64,000 nucleotides of DNA from the sequence record LC788708.1; one strand, written 5' to 3'. The notes below the pieces were generated by a model, which was not told where the DNA came from, searched no databases, and was given only the letters and a program-made list of their open reading frames with translations. Shown piece after piece: positions 1 through 8,735 of the stretch. A program made the translations under genes and the position numbers. Numbering within the stretch: position 1 is the stretch's first letter; each line of letters begins with the position of its first letter. This stretch comes from Escherichia coli phage AZ21.

Positions 1-15
1 ATTGGAGGTACACAT

Positions 16-273
16 ATGGGACTCTTTAGAAAGAAAGTTTATTTAACAGAAGAGCAAGAACACAAACTTCTTACTCTATCAGAATACTATCATTTACCAT
101 ATGATTATTTTGTAGATAGAGCAATAGAGGAATTCTTAGATAGAGAATTAGAGGCTATAAAACCTAAGCCTCCTGAGCCGTCTTTAGCATCAAAGGGTCA
201 CCAAAGAGAATCCCCAAGAGTTCCGCCAATGCCCCCAATTCCACCAAAAACTAGAGTTGTAACAGAGTTGTAA
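16..273 (+). CDS. hypothetical protein, Pro-rich C-terminus
   Basis: Complete ORF 85 aa directly upstream of RNase H gene; no recognisable motif. Confidence 0.4.
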   Translation: MGLFRKKVYLTEEQEHKLLTLSEYYHLPYDYFVDRAIEEFLDRELEAIKPKPPEPSLASKGHQRESPRVPPMPPIPPKTRVVTEL

Positions 274-289
274 TAGAAGGTAAAAAATA

Positions 290-769
290 ATGTCGGTTTT
301 CCACATTTACACAGATGGTGCTTGTAAGTCTAACCCAGGTCCAGGTGCTTGGGGTTTTATTGTCTATAATGATAACGACGATCGTTTAGGTTCTAAATCT
401 GGTTATAATCCTAAAACTACAAATAATGAGATGGAACTCACAGCTATTGTAGAAGCTCTACGTTGGTCTGTTAAAAAAGATAATAGACCAATTGCTATCT
501 ATACTGACTCTGCTTATTGCAAAAATGGCATGGAAAGCTGGATGTTTTCTTGGCAAAGGAAAGGCTGGAAGAAAGCAGATGGTGAAGTTCCTCTTAATCT
601 AGAACTTTGGCAGGAAGCATTTAAATTAACACAGCAGTATATCAACTTTCATAATACTAATCCTACCTTTATTAAGGTTAAAGGACATTCTGGTATTAGT
701 GGTAATGAAGCTGTAGACGCCTTATGTAATACAGTTATTACTGAAGCTGAAATGGCTGAGATGTTATAA
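290..769 (+). CDS. rnh: ribonuclease H (RNase HI-like)
   Basis: 159 aa; YTDGACKSNPGPGAWG, MELTAIVEAL, YTDSAY, KGHSGISGNEAVDAL match RNase HI catalytic DEDD/His layout; RBS AAGGT before ATG. Confidence 0.8.
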   Translation: MSVFHIYTDGACKSNPGPGAWGFIVYNDNDDRLGSKSGYNPKTTNNEMELTAIVEALRWSVKKDNRPIAIYTDSAYCKNGMESWMFSWQRKGWKKADGEVPLNLELWQEAFKLTQQYINFHNTNPTFIKVKGHSGISGNEAVDALCNTVITEAEMAEML

Positions 770-786
770 ATAAATTAAAAATTTTC

Positions 787-815
787 TTGCTTAAAGCCCT
801 CTAATTTAGTATAAT
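787..815 (+). promoter_or_regulatory. T5-type early sigma70 promoter
   Basis: TTGCTT-17 bp-TATAAT with AT-rich upstream tract. Confidence 0.6.
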
Positions 816-842
816 ATTCGTATTGAAAGTGAGGAGGGATTT

Positions 843-1121
843 ATGCGAATTTATAACTCAAATTCATTAGGATTTAAACCATTGAGAAAACGTGCACAAT
901 CACCTCGTCAAATAAGAAAGGCTAATATTGGTGAGCCAGAGACACGCCTTCCACCTCCTCCAGAACAACGTTTAGTTTATCTGGACGAAGAATTAGCTGA
1001 ACGCGAAAGAAAAGCTCAAGAAGAGATTGAGCGTAAGAAAATGTGTACTGCTCCAGCGTATAATAAAGGGGCGTATCAATACGTCTCAGATGCCGAACAA
1101 GCTAAGATGGTTGGTAGATAA
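843..1121 (+). CDS. hypothetical protein
   Basis: 92 aa ORF 8 nt after GAGGAGGG RBS and T5-type promoter. Confidence 0.45.
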   Translation: MRIYNSNSLGFKPLRKRAQSPRQIRKANIGEPETRLPPPPEQRLVYLDEELAERERKAQEEIERKKMCTAPAYNKGAYQYVSDAEQAKMVGR

Positions 1122-1137
1122 TTTTTAAAAAATTCAT

Positions 1138-1166
1138 TTGCTAAACGCTTCAAATTCTCGTATAAT
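1138..1166 (+). promoter_or_regulatory. T5-type early sigma70 promoter
   Basis: TTGCTA-17-TATAAT then conserved TTCATAAATTGA leader. Confidence 0.65.
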
Positions 1167-1204
1167 ATACTTCATAAATTGATAAACAAAAAGGAAAACA
1201 AATA

Positions 1205-1720
1205 ATGGCTAAGCAGAAAAACGCAAAAACTCAAGCAGCTCCGGCAGTTAAAACTTTCCCGAAGACTGAGGCTAATCGCAAAGCTCGGCTGGAACGTCAC
1301 CTGCGTAAGCATCCTACAGATGCTCAGGCTGCGCAAGCACTGAATAATCCGGCTCCGATTCGTCAGAAGCCTAAAGCTAAAAATGCCACCCGTAAATCCT
1401 ACAAAATGGTTATGTATGTAGAAAATTACGGCCACAAATCTGTCCCAGTTTCCCTGAGCTTTAACGCTGGGGCTGAATTGTTCTCTCGTAATGGTATGTC
1501 TATGAAAGACTATGAGAAGGCAGTTAACCAGAAGCGTAAACCAACAGCAGATGTATTGCGCGATACTCGTGGACAGTTTGGTTCTGTTAAGCCAAGTATC
1601 TTTGGCGTAGAGTATAGTAAAGATAATGTTCGTGCTCTGTGTTACGGTGTAGGTATTAAGTTCACGGGTGATTCTGCTCGTAAATCTGCTAAACCAGCTC
1701 GCAAGCGTAAAGCGAAGTAA
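1205..1720 (+). CDS. hypothetical basic protein
   Basis: 171 aa, Lys/Arg-rich termini; promoter and RBS AAAGGAAAACAAATAATG; followed by GGGGCGAAAGCCCC hairpin. Confidence 0.5.
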   Translation: MAKQKNAKTQAAPAVKTFPKTEANRKARLERHLRKHPTDAQAAQALNNPAPIRQKPKAKNATRKSYKMVMYVENYGHKSVPVSLSFNAGAELFSRNGMSMKDYEKAVNQKRKPTADVLRDTRGQFGSVKPSIFGVEYSKDNVRALCYGVGIKFTGDSARKSAKPARKRKAK

Positions 1721-1784
1721 TAGATAAATAGGGGCGAAAGCCCCTACAATCGACTAATTCTCTAACTAATCAAGGATATTTTTT

Positions 1785-2000
1785 ATGTTCTCTAAGAAAC
1801 CACGTTCTGTTACTGAAATCGTTGCTTCCTTTACCACTATCACTGATGAGCTTCAAGCTCGTATTGAGGCTGATCAAAAAATCGCTGCTGATATTCAGAA
1901 ACAGCAGGAAGAACTCGCTTTAAAGTTGGCTGAAACCAACAAGAGTGAAAAATCTGCCCAAACTATTATGGAAAATATCCTTAAACTGCTGGGCAAGTGA
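1785..2000 (+). CDS. hypothetical protein (coiled-coil)
   Basis: 71 aa ORF between two GGGGCGAAAGCCCC hairpins. Confidence 0.45.
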   Translation: MFSKKPRSVTEIVASFTTITDELQARIEADQKIAADIQKQQEELALKLAETNKSEKSAQTIMENILKLLGK

Positions 2001-2009
2001 TTTAAATCA

Positions 2010-2034
2010 GGGGGGGGCGAAAGCCCCTCTTATT
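2010..2034 (+). terminator. hairpin terminator
   Basis: GGGGGGGCGAAAGCCCCTC stem-loop then TTATTT; same GGGGCGAAAGCCCC hairpin at 1731-1744. Confidence 0.5.
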
Positions 2035-2044
2035 TGGAGAAACT

Positions 2045-2281
2045 ATGCGTAATTTTGTAGCAAAGAATGATTTTAACCGTGCTAGCACTCATAAGTCCGC
2101 TAGAGATTATACACGACTTTCTAGTCATGAGGTAATGGATACCTGTTATGAAGAGCTGGAAGGTAGCTGGAATGAGTGTCCCGACTTCTCTATGGAAGAG
2201 AACTGGGATGTCAGTGAGGATATGCTTCCTGGTTTTAAAGACCCCAAGAAGTGGGAGTCTATTAAAGAGACAGCTCTTTAA
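2045..2281 (+). CDS. hypothetical acidic protein
   Basis: 78 aa ORF, RBS GGAGAAACTATG. Confidence 0.4.
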   Translation: MRNFVAKNDFNRASTHKSARDYTRLSSHEVMDTCYEELEGSWNECPDFSMEENWDVSEDMLPGFKDPKKWESIKETAL

Positions 2282-2309
2282 TAGTTTTCTACACAATAAA
2301 GGATAAGTT

Positions 2310-3011
2310 ATGAAAGTAAAACCATTTGGTATGCTAGATATTGAATCTCTAGGAACTCCAGGAGATTGTGGTACTACCCATATCGCAATGCCTTCATTCG
2401 CTTTTGTGGCTATGCATGGAATTGATAAAGACCCTGATCTAGTATTTGTTACTTTAGATGTACAAGATCAACTTAATTCTGGTGCCAAAGTTACAGCATC
2501 TACTCTAGCATTCTGGATGGATCAGGCTAAACATAGCCCGTCTGCTATCCACATTATGGAAGCTATGAATGAGCGTAATCCAAAACTGGTTGCCTTCCAA
2601 AATGGTAAACATCATTGCACTAATAAACTTGGCTCTAACCATGCTGCCTTCTCTATGGCTCAAAATATTATGGAGTTGGCTCTAGGCGAAAATGCTTTGT
2701 ATTATGGCAATGGCCCAGAGTTTGATATGACTATCTACTCTGCAAACACTTTCCATGCTGGAACCAATGAAGAAATAGTTCCGTGGAAATTCTGGAACTT
2801 GGGTAATGTTAGATCTCTTCGTAATCTCTGGATGCAAACTGGCTATAGTTATAAAGCTCTAGAAACCGAAGGTATTAGCTGGGCAATAGCTAAAATGGAG
2901 AAGATGGACACCATTCGTTATGGGATCTATCCGGTTAAGCACGACCCAGCATTCGATGCCCTAGTTGAGAGCTATTGTGTTGCAGCTATGATCGAAAAAA
3001 TGAAAATTTGA
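2310..3011 (+). CDS. DEDDh-type 3'-5' exonuclease-like protein
   Basis: 233 aa; MLDIESLG (Exo I D-x-E), YGNGPEFDMTIY (Exo II), KHDPAFDALVESY (Exo III H-x4-D) by eye. Confidence 0.55.
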   Translation: MKVKPFGMLDIESLGTPGDCGTTHIAMPSFAFVAMHGIDKDPDLVFVTLDVQDQLNSGAKVTASTLAFWMDQAKHSPSAIHIMEAMNERNPKLVAFQNGKHHCTNKLGSNHAAFSMAQNIMELALGENALYYGNGPEFDMTIYSANTFHAGTNEEIVPWKFWNLGNVRSLRNLWMQTGYSYKALETEGISWAIAKMEKMDTIRYGIYPVKHDPAFDALVESYCVAAMIEKMKI

Positions 3012-3012
3012 T

Positions 3013-3041
3013 TTGCTTCCGGCTCCAAAATTCTGTATAAT
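3013..3041 (+). promoter_or_regulatory. T5-type early sigma70 promoter
   Basis: TTGCTT-17-TATAAT, leader ATATTCATAAATTTGAGA as in T5 PN25-class promoters. Confidence 0.65.
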
Positions 3042-3081
3042 ATATTCATAAATTTGAGAAAACAATAAAAGGAAAACAAAT

Positions 3082-3264
3082 ATGCCAGTATCTAAAAATG
3101 TTCGTAAAAATGGTAAGAAAGCTACTCGTAATCTGGGTATCCGTCGTATGGCTGAACGTCAATCAGGTATCCAGAAAATCTTTGATCTGCTAAATCGTGC
3201 TAATCCTAAAATTGATAACAGTAACGATACTGTTCTGCGCACCCTGCTGGCAATTGGTCTGTAA
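3082..3264 (+). CDS. hypothetical basic protein
   Basis: 60 aa ORF behind T5-type promoter and RBS AAAGGAAAACAAATATG. Confidence 0.4.
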   Translation: MPVSKNVRKNGKKATRNLGIRRMAERQSGIQKIFDLLNRANPKIDNSNDTVLRTLLAIGL

Positions 3265-3317
3265 TAGACCAAATTTAAACAAATTCAAATCTCAAACTTC
3301 ATATAAGGAAGCAAATA

Positions 3318-3956
3318 ATGACTACTCGTATCTCTAAAACTCGCGCTCTGGCAACTATCAAATCTCTGGAAGCTAAAATCCGTAAAGCTACTGAACAACA
3401 GCTTCTGATCGCTGTTGGTGAAGGTAAGGATAAAAACCAGGTTGTAGTTGGCGCTGCAATCGAAGTAGATGCCCTGTCTACTCGTATTAAAACTGATTTC
3501 CAATCTCTGCTGGATATGATGTCTCAGCGTGATCGTATTAAATCTGCTCTGATTAAGAGCAATGCAGAAACAATCGTTGAGATTGGTTCTCGTAAGATGA
3601 CTGTTGCGGAAGCAATTGAAGCTAAGCGTTCTATGGAGCTTAAAGCTCAGCTGCTGGCTAACATGCGTAAGCAGTTCCATGCCGCTACGATTAAGTTTAA
3701 TACGCAGAAAGCACAGTTTGATGCTAAATATGAGCGTTTGCAGGATAGCATGGCTACCCGCGATAAGAAAACTTCCGAAGATGAAGTTAAAATGCAGCTC
3801 AATCTGCTGGAACTCAAGAATACTCCATTCTTGATTGATCCGCTGGAACTGGAGAAGCTGATTAAGCAGCATGACGAGGAATACCAGGACTTTGCAACAA
3901 ATGTTGACTTTGTTCTATCCGAGTCTAACGCCTCTACCTTCATTGAAGTAGAGTAA
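3318..3956 (+). CDS. hypothetical protein (coiled-coil)
   Basis: 212 aa ORF, RBS AAGGAAGCAAATAATG. Confidence 0.5.
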   Translation: MTTRISKTRALATIKSLEAKIRKATEQQLLIAVGEGKDKNQVVVGAAIEVDALSTRIKTDFQSLLDMMSQRDRIKSALIKSNAETIVEIGSRKMTVAEAIEAKRSMELKAQLLANMRKQFHAATIKFNTQKAQFDAKYERLQDSMATRDKKTSEDEVKMQLNLLELKNTPFLIDPLELEKLIKQHDEEYQDFATNVDFVLSESNASTFIEVE

Positions 3957-4339
3957 TAATTTAAAAGCTAGTAAATCGGTAGACGAAAGCCCAAGCATCT
4001 TACCTCGCAGCAGCGGTTGAAATACGAGGTTAAATAAGACCGCTGACCATACTATAAAGTATAATCTATTGGAGATTATGTTTATTACACCAGCCTCTTA
4101 AGCTGACACGTAAGAACAAAGCGTCGTTGATATTACCGACACAACTTCAAAGATCAACATTTAAGTATGAAAGCTGAAAAGTTTAAAGAACTCAAACTTC
4201 TAAACTTCTAAAGCTAAAAGATGCAAAGTATTCGTTGATGATTCAAACCCTAGATCAAAGGTACATGGCTCATAAGATATGGCCTGTGGCGCCTCTAGGC
4301 TGTTTATCGGTTTACTAGTTTCACAATTTAAAAATGTAT

Positions 4340-4368
4340 TTGCTAATTTACTAAGTTATCTGTATAAT
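4340..4368 (+). promoter_or_regulatory. T5-type early sigma70 promoter
   Basis: TTGCTA-17-TATAAT. Confidence 0.65.
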
Positions 4369-4398
4369 ATATTTTTAAATTGATGAAACGAGGCTATT

Positions 4399-4716
4399 AT
4401 GACTTTTCATATTTTGATTGATGATGTGCGTAATCTTCACGGAATGGACATTATCATTCGAACCCCAGAAGCCGCTGTAGAGTTTCTGAATAAAACTGAT
4501 ACCACAGGCCACTTCGTTTATATGGATAATGACTTGGCTGTAGATGGTATGGAAGGTTATCAAATTCTTCGTTTACTCTTAGAATTTGGGCAGAGACCAA
4601 AGAAAGTGGTACTAGTAACCTCAAACCCAGTAGCTAAGCAAAATATGCGTAATGATTTGCTTGACTTAGGGTATAAAGAAAATCCCAATCGTGTTGAATA
4701 TGATTGGCAGGAGTAA
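4399..4716 (+). CDS. hypothetical protein, CheY-like receiver-domain pattern
   Basis: 105 aa; HILIDDV (acidic pair), FVYMDNDL (Asp), KVVLVTSN (Thr/Ser) spaced like receiver-domain strands; tentative. Confidence 0.4.
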   Translation: MTFHILIDDVRNLHGMDIIIRTPEAAVEFLNKTDTTGHFVYMDNDLAVDGMEGYQILRLLLEFGQRPKKVVLVTSNPVAKQNMRNDLLDLGYKENPNRVEYDWQE

Positions 4717-4721
4717 AAAGA

Positions 4722-5171
4722 ATGAAGGCAGCTTTGCTTTTAGTAGCTGCCCTTACCTTCAGCTTTAGTAGTCAGGCATCGCACGATGCAAAAGAAATAG
4801 ATTGCATTGCTAAAAATATCTATTTCGAGAGTCGCGGTGAGGGCATAAAGGGAATGACGGCGGTTGCACATGTTACTAAAAACCGTGTAAACTCCGGTAA
4901 ATTCCCAGATTCCTACTGTAAAGTAGTATATCAGTCTAACCAGTTCTCTTGGGTATCTAAGAGACCAAAAGTTGATAAAACTGATGAGGCTTGGCAAACC
5001 GCTAAGAATTTAGCTAGAGTGATATACTACGTTGATTTACCACAAGATCCTACGTATGGAGCACTATACTTCCATAGTGGTAAAGATAAACCTTACTGGA
5101 CAAAGAAGTTTAAGAAAACAACTAAGATTAAGGGACATACGTTTTATAAACCTGTTGTCACTAAAACTTAA
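4722..5171 (+). CDS. secreted SleB-like cell-wall hydrolase (Hydrolase_2-like)
   Basis: N-terminal signal peptide MKAALLLVAALTFSFSSQA; IAKNIYFESRGEG...AHVTKNRV...YCKVVYQSNQFSW motif; AGGAG RBS; start moved from TTG 4704 to ATG 4722. Confidence 0.6.
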   Translation: MKAALLLVAALTFSFSSQASHDAKEIDCIAKNIYFESRGEGIKGMTAVAHVTKNRVNSGKFPDSYCKVVYQSNQFSWVSKRPKVDKTDEAWQTAKNLARVIYYVDLPQDPTYGALYFHSGKDKPYWTKKFKKTTKIKGHTFYKPVVTKT

Positions 5172-5179
5172 AAATTTAC

Positions 5180-5208
5180 TTGCTTAGCTACTTAAATTTC
5201 TGTATAAT
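5180..5208 (+). promoter_or_regulatory. T5-type early sigma70 promoter
   Basis: TTGCTT-17-TATAAT, leader TTTCATAAATTAATGAGAGG. Confidence 0.65.
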
Positions 5209-5239
5209 ACTTTCATAAATTAATGAGAGGAAGCGAAAT

Positions 5240-5410
5240 ATGAAATCAGTTGTAATTATTGGTGTTAACACTCGCGGTATTCGTACTACGAAAACTGTTA
5301 AAACTTCTAACGTTGCTGAAATCACTACGAACCCTAAAAAGTTTGATTTCGCCAAAGTCTCAGCAGTTATGACAGAACAATCTTTTAACCAAGCATTGGG
5401 GATGAAATAA
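5240..5410 (+). CDS. small hypothetical protein (56 aa)
   Basis: Short ORF directly behind promoter and GAGAGGAAGCGAAATATG RBS; stop overlaps next start (TAATG). Confidence 0.3.
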   Translation: MKSVVIIGVNTRGIRTTKTVKTSNVAEITTNPKKFDFAKVSAVMTEQSFNQALGMK

Positions 5411-5844
5411 TGGGTGAAAATATTCTAATGACCCTTCGTGGACTGCTTAGTCTAGCACGTACCCACGGTGATAAGGAGAGGGCACTTAATCTTCAGACCA
5501 TGATTGGTGATCTGCAACGTATTGATAAAGACATTGTTACTCGAACCGAGTTCGTAGCCTATCTGAAAGCTCAGATTAAGGCTCTAGAAAATGCAAAACA
5601 ACGCGCTATTAAAGTTGGTACGGAAGTTCCTACTGATGTAGACTATGAGCAACTGCTTTATTCCATGCTGCAAGAGTATCAGCCAAGTCAACTGACTGAA
5701 GTTCAGATTCGTGAGTATTTTGCAGAACTGGTTAAATTAAACCCAGGTATTACCAAAGCTCTATTAATGAAAACTATTAAGGCAGAATTTCCTGGACGTT
5801 ATGACGGTAAAACAACTGCTTTGATTGCTAGTGAATTTTTCTAA
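5410..5844 (+). CDS. hypothetical protein
   Basis: 144 aa ORF translationally coupled to upstream small ORF. Confidence 0.5.
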   Translation: MGENILMTLRGLLSLARTHGDKERALNLQTMIGDLQRIDKDIVTRTEFVAYLKAQIKALENAKQRAIKVGTEVPTDVDYEQLLYSMLQEYQPSQLTEVQIREYFAELVKLNPGITKALLMKTIKAEFPGRYDGKTTALIASEFF

Positions 5845-5852
5845 AAATTCAC

Positions 5853-5881
5853 TTGCTAAATGCTTATAAATTCTATATAAT
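5853..5881 (+). promoter_or_regulatory. T5-type promoter driving tRNA island
   Basis: TTGCTA-17-TATAAT about 80 nt upstream of first tRNA-like element. Confidence 0.6.
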
Positions 5882-5958
5882 ATATTCATAAATTAGATGA
5901 TAATTAGGCATCTAATTTATAAATAGTGGGGTGTGGAAATCACTTATGTAGTAACACT

Positions 5959-6030
5959 GCCGTCCTAGTATAATTGGTATTATCAAGCCGTAACTGGTGG
6001 AAGATGTAGGTTCGAATCCTACGGTCGGTA
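5959..6030 (+). tRNA. tRNA-like element (anticodon arm not resolved)
   Basis: GTAGG-TTCGAAT-CCTAC T-arm and 7-bp acceptor pairing (one mismatch) 70 nt downstream of promoter; no clean anticodon stem found by eye. Confidence 0.35.
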
Positions 6031-6532
6031 AGAACTGGATAACTGATGCTTTTAACGTAAAAGCTTCCGAGGTTAGTTGCGCACTGCCTAAACCACGCGG
6101 TAGTTGGTTCCAGACTAACCAACCAGTCTGCTGAATAGTTTTATTACGATTTAACTATGTCCAGGCTAAAGAAGAACTTTAGAAGGTATTCTAGGATAGT
6201 GAAGTTCTTTCTCCACATCGGAGTAGTTTTTCAAGCTATCCACAAAGTGGGAAATGCTGACATGAGAGATGTCACTAATGGTGCACAATAGCACAGGTAA
6301 TTCGCGATAATTCCTGTTGAGTAGCAGCAAAAGGCGGGAAGTCATGACCCCAAGCCTAACCGAGTCCTCAATATACCGCAGGGCATAACCACTAAGTCAC
6401 CCTGACTTAAACTGGAAAATAATAGACGTTACTGTATTTTGTCTTGAAATACTTAATGAGTGAGACTTATGACTCTCCCGGTATCGTCTGTATTTTTAAG
6501 AGTTTTTACGAGAGTTCTTAAAAATACTTAAA

Positions 6533-6607
6533 CGGGGTGTAGTCTAAGGGAGAGGCAGGAGTCTTCTAAATTCCTTTATGCAGGTTCGAATCCTGTCACC
6601 TCGGCCA
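6533..6607 (+). tRNA. tRNA-Arg (anticodon UCU)
   Basis: Acceptor CGGGGTG/CACCTCG, D-stem GTCT/AGGC, anticodon stem GGAGT/ATTCC with loop CTTCTAA, T-arm GCAGG-TTCGAAT-CCTGT, encoded CCA. Confidence 0.75.
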
Positions 6608-6641
6608 ATTTTATTAACTGTAACTAAAACAAAGGAAACAT

Positions 6642-7589
6642 ATGTTTAATACTAAAAATATGAAAGAATTGACTTCTGAGCAGAAAGTAATTCGTACTAT
6701 TAAACGTTGGGGTATTGGTGCTGTAGTTGGTTTAGCAGGTTTAATCCTAGCTTTTAATTCGTATACCATTGTTTCTGATGGTACGGTTAAAACCCAAACA
6801 TTCCTGGGTAAAGTAGACCCTAATCCAGTATTACCTGGTTTCCATCTTGTAAACCCGTTTGCATCTTTCGATACTTTTAGTACGAAAGATATTTCTATGA
6901 AACTGGATAAACTTCAGGTTCCTAGCCAGGATAAGTTTAAGTCTACAGTTGACATTACCGTTATGTTGCAGTTTGATGGTGCTAAAGCTCCTATTAACCG
7001 TGTTAACGCAGGTACTCAGGATCAAGCTCTGAACAAGTACGTTGAAGAGAAGATGCTGTCTACGATTCGTGAGTTTGGTAAGTCTGTACCAAAAGCACAA
7101 GATCTGTTCGACGCTAAGATTCAGGCTCAACTGCAAACCGCTATTCAGCAAGAAGTAGAAGAGTATGCGCGTCCTTATGGCTACACCGTTAAGCAAGTAT
7201 TCCTTCAGGATATTACTCTGCCACCGGTAATCATGGAACAGGTACAAAACACCAAAGTTCGTGAAGAACAAGTTAACGCTGCAAAAGCTGAACTAGCTCG
7301 TGTTGAACAAGAAGCACAGCAGAAAGTTAAGCAAGCTGAGGCTGATCGTTCTGCTCGTGAAAATATGGCAGTAGCTAACGAACGTGACGCAGATGCTAAA
7401 CTGTATGCGGCTAAGAAAGAAGCTGAAGCTAACACCGCTCTGCAGCGTACCATCACTCCAGAGATGATTCGCTGGAAACAGCTGGAAGTTGATATGAAAC
7501 GCGCTGAAAAATATCAGGGTGGCGTTCCTCAGACTGTTGTAGGTACTGGTTATGATGGCCAGATGATTATGGATATGCGTAATAAGTAA
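6642..7589 (+). CDS. SPFH/band-7 (prohibitin/HflC-like) membrane protein
   Basis: 315 aa; N-terminal TM helix then TQTFLGKV...PGFHLVNPF...TVDITVM SPFH-like core and long Ala/Glu/Lys coiled coil; followed by strong terminator. Confidence 0.65.
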   Translation: MFNTKNMKELTSEQKVIRTIKRWGIGAVVGLAGLILAFNSYTIVSDGTVKTQTFLGKVDPNPVLPGFHLVNPFASFDTFSTKDISMKLDKLQVPSQDKFKSTVDITVMLQFDGAKAPINRVNAGTQDQALNKYVEEKMLSTIREFGKSVPKAQDLFDAKIQAQLQTAIQQEVEEYARPYGYTVKQVFLQDITLPPVIMEQVQNTKVREEQVNAAKAELARVEQEAQQKVKQAEADRSARENMAVANERDADAKLYAAKKEAEANTALQRTITPEMIRWKQLEVDMKRAEKYQGGVPQTVVGTGYDGQMIMDMRNK

Positions 7590-7612
7590 TAGTTACACGT
7601 AATCTTCGAAAC

Positions 7613-7647
7613 AAGCCCGCGTTTCCTCCGAGAGCGCGGGCTTTTCT
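7613..7647 (+). terminator. rho-independent terminator
   Basis: AAGCCCGCG-loop-CGCGGGCTT followed by TTTTCT. Confidence 0.75.
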
Positions 7648-7792
7648 GTATTTAAGGCAAAAGAAAAGCCCATAAGTTATTCAACTAAGGTCTTTAGTAC
7701 TTAATTCTTTAGAATCATATACTATTATTGCAGCAACAACGTGCTACCACTAAATGCCCTACGATTTTCCTCTAAAAAGTTAAAAAATTCGA

Positions 7793-7821
7793 TTGCTTGA
7801 ATGCTAAATTCTCTGTATAAT
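7793..7821 (+). promoter_or_regulatory. T5-type early sigma70 promoter
   Basis: TTGCTT-17-TATAAT, leader TTTATAAATTTGAGAGAGG. Confidence 0.65.
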
Positions 7822-7851
7822 ATATTTATAAATTTGAGAGAGGAATCAAAT

Positions 7852-8148
7852 ATGAAACGCATTGTACTTGCATTGACTCTAGTATCTACTTCTGTATTTG
7901 CTGCTCCACAACAGGAACTTTGTCAAGTTCAAGTTTGTAATAAGCTAGAACGATTTACTTTGGATATTTGGTCACACATTAAAGATAATATGGGTGAGCA
8001 ATGTTTTGATATTGTTCTGCCAAAAGAACAAGCTGTTCCTGGTGCTGTTCTCAGCTCAGAATCACGTTGGTGGCAAGGTTCTTCTATCAATCCAACTAAG
8101 AAGTCAGTGACACGTATCAAACAAGTGTATCAGTGCAGTGTTCAGTAA
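7852..8148 (+). CDS. small secreted protein
   Basis: Signal peptide MKRIVLALTLVSTSVFAAP; RBS GAGAGAGGAATCAAATATG; upstream in-frame extension overlaps promoter so start set at 7852. Confidence 0.5.
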   Translation: MKRIVLALTLVSTSVFAAPQQELCQVQVCNKLERFTLDIWSHIKDNMGEQCFDIVLPKEQAVPGAVLSSESRWWQGSSINPTKKSVTRIKQVYQCSVQ

Positions 8149-8156
8149 AATTTCAC

Positions 8157-8185
8157 TTGCTTAATGCCGAAATTTTCTATATAAT
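8157..8185 (+). promoter_or_regulatory. T5-type early sigma70 promoter
   Basis: TTGCTT-17-TATAAT. Confidence 0.65.
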
Positions 8186-8216
8186 ATATTCTATAAATTA
8201 TAGATAGGAGTCATAT

Positions 8217-8735
8217 ATGACTGTTGACGAGTTAAAACAACATCTTTTATCTAGGGGCTTTGATAGTGATAAGTATCACTGTTGGCTCTCTCCACATGGA
8301 TGGTTAACAGTTCCACTGTATGATTTCTCTGGCATGTTACGTGGATATCAAACATATAACCCTAGTGCAGCTAAAGGTCATGGAAAATGTCCTTCTGAAG
8401 CTAAATATTTTACGCATTCTTCTACTCAATGTCTATGGGGTTTAGAAACTCTTACAGGTAATGAAGACCTAGTATTAGTTGCAGAATCTGTATTTAAAGC
8501 TGTGGCACTACACAACGCGGGATATCCCGCACTAGCAATGCTAGGATCTTCCCCTAGCAAAGCACTGCTAAAGCAGCTAAAATTACAACCTTTTAAAGTA
8601 GTAGCCGTAGGCGATAATGATTCTGCTGGTGAGAAGTTTGCTAAAAAACTAAATGGGTTTACTTCCCTCATGGATTTAGATGAAATGAATACAGAAAACT
8701 TGAAAAATTTTCTTGCCATGAAGCTAAATTTCTAA
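8217..8735 (+). CDS. Toprim-domain (DnaG-like) protein
   Basis: 172 aa; VLVAESVFKAVALHNAGYPALAMLGS...VVAVGDNDSAGEKFAKKL resembles primase Toprim E...DxD motif; no zinc-ribbon or polymerase domain. Confidence 0.45.
   Translation: MTVDELKQHLLSRGFDSDKYHCWLSPHGWLTVPLYDFSGMLRGYQTYNPSAAKGHGKCPSEAKYFTHSSTQCLWGLETLTGNEDLVLVAESVFKAVALHNAGYPALAMLGSSPSKALLKQLKLQPFKVVAVGDNDSAGEKFAKKLNGFTSLMDLDEMNTENLKNFLAMKLNF

Noticed and set aside
5940-6122. Minus-strand ORF 5940-6122
   Set aside because: Overlaps the tRNA-like element on the opposite strand and has no RBS.
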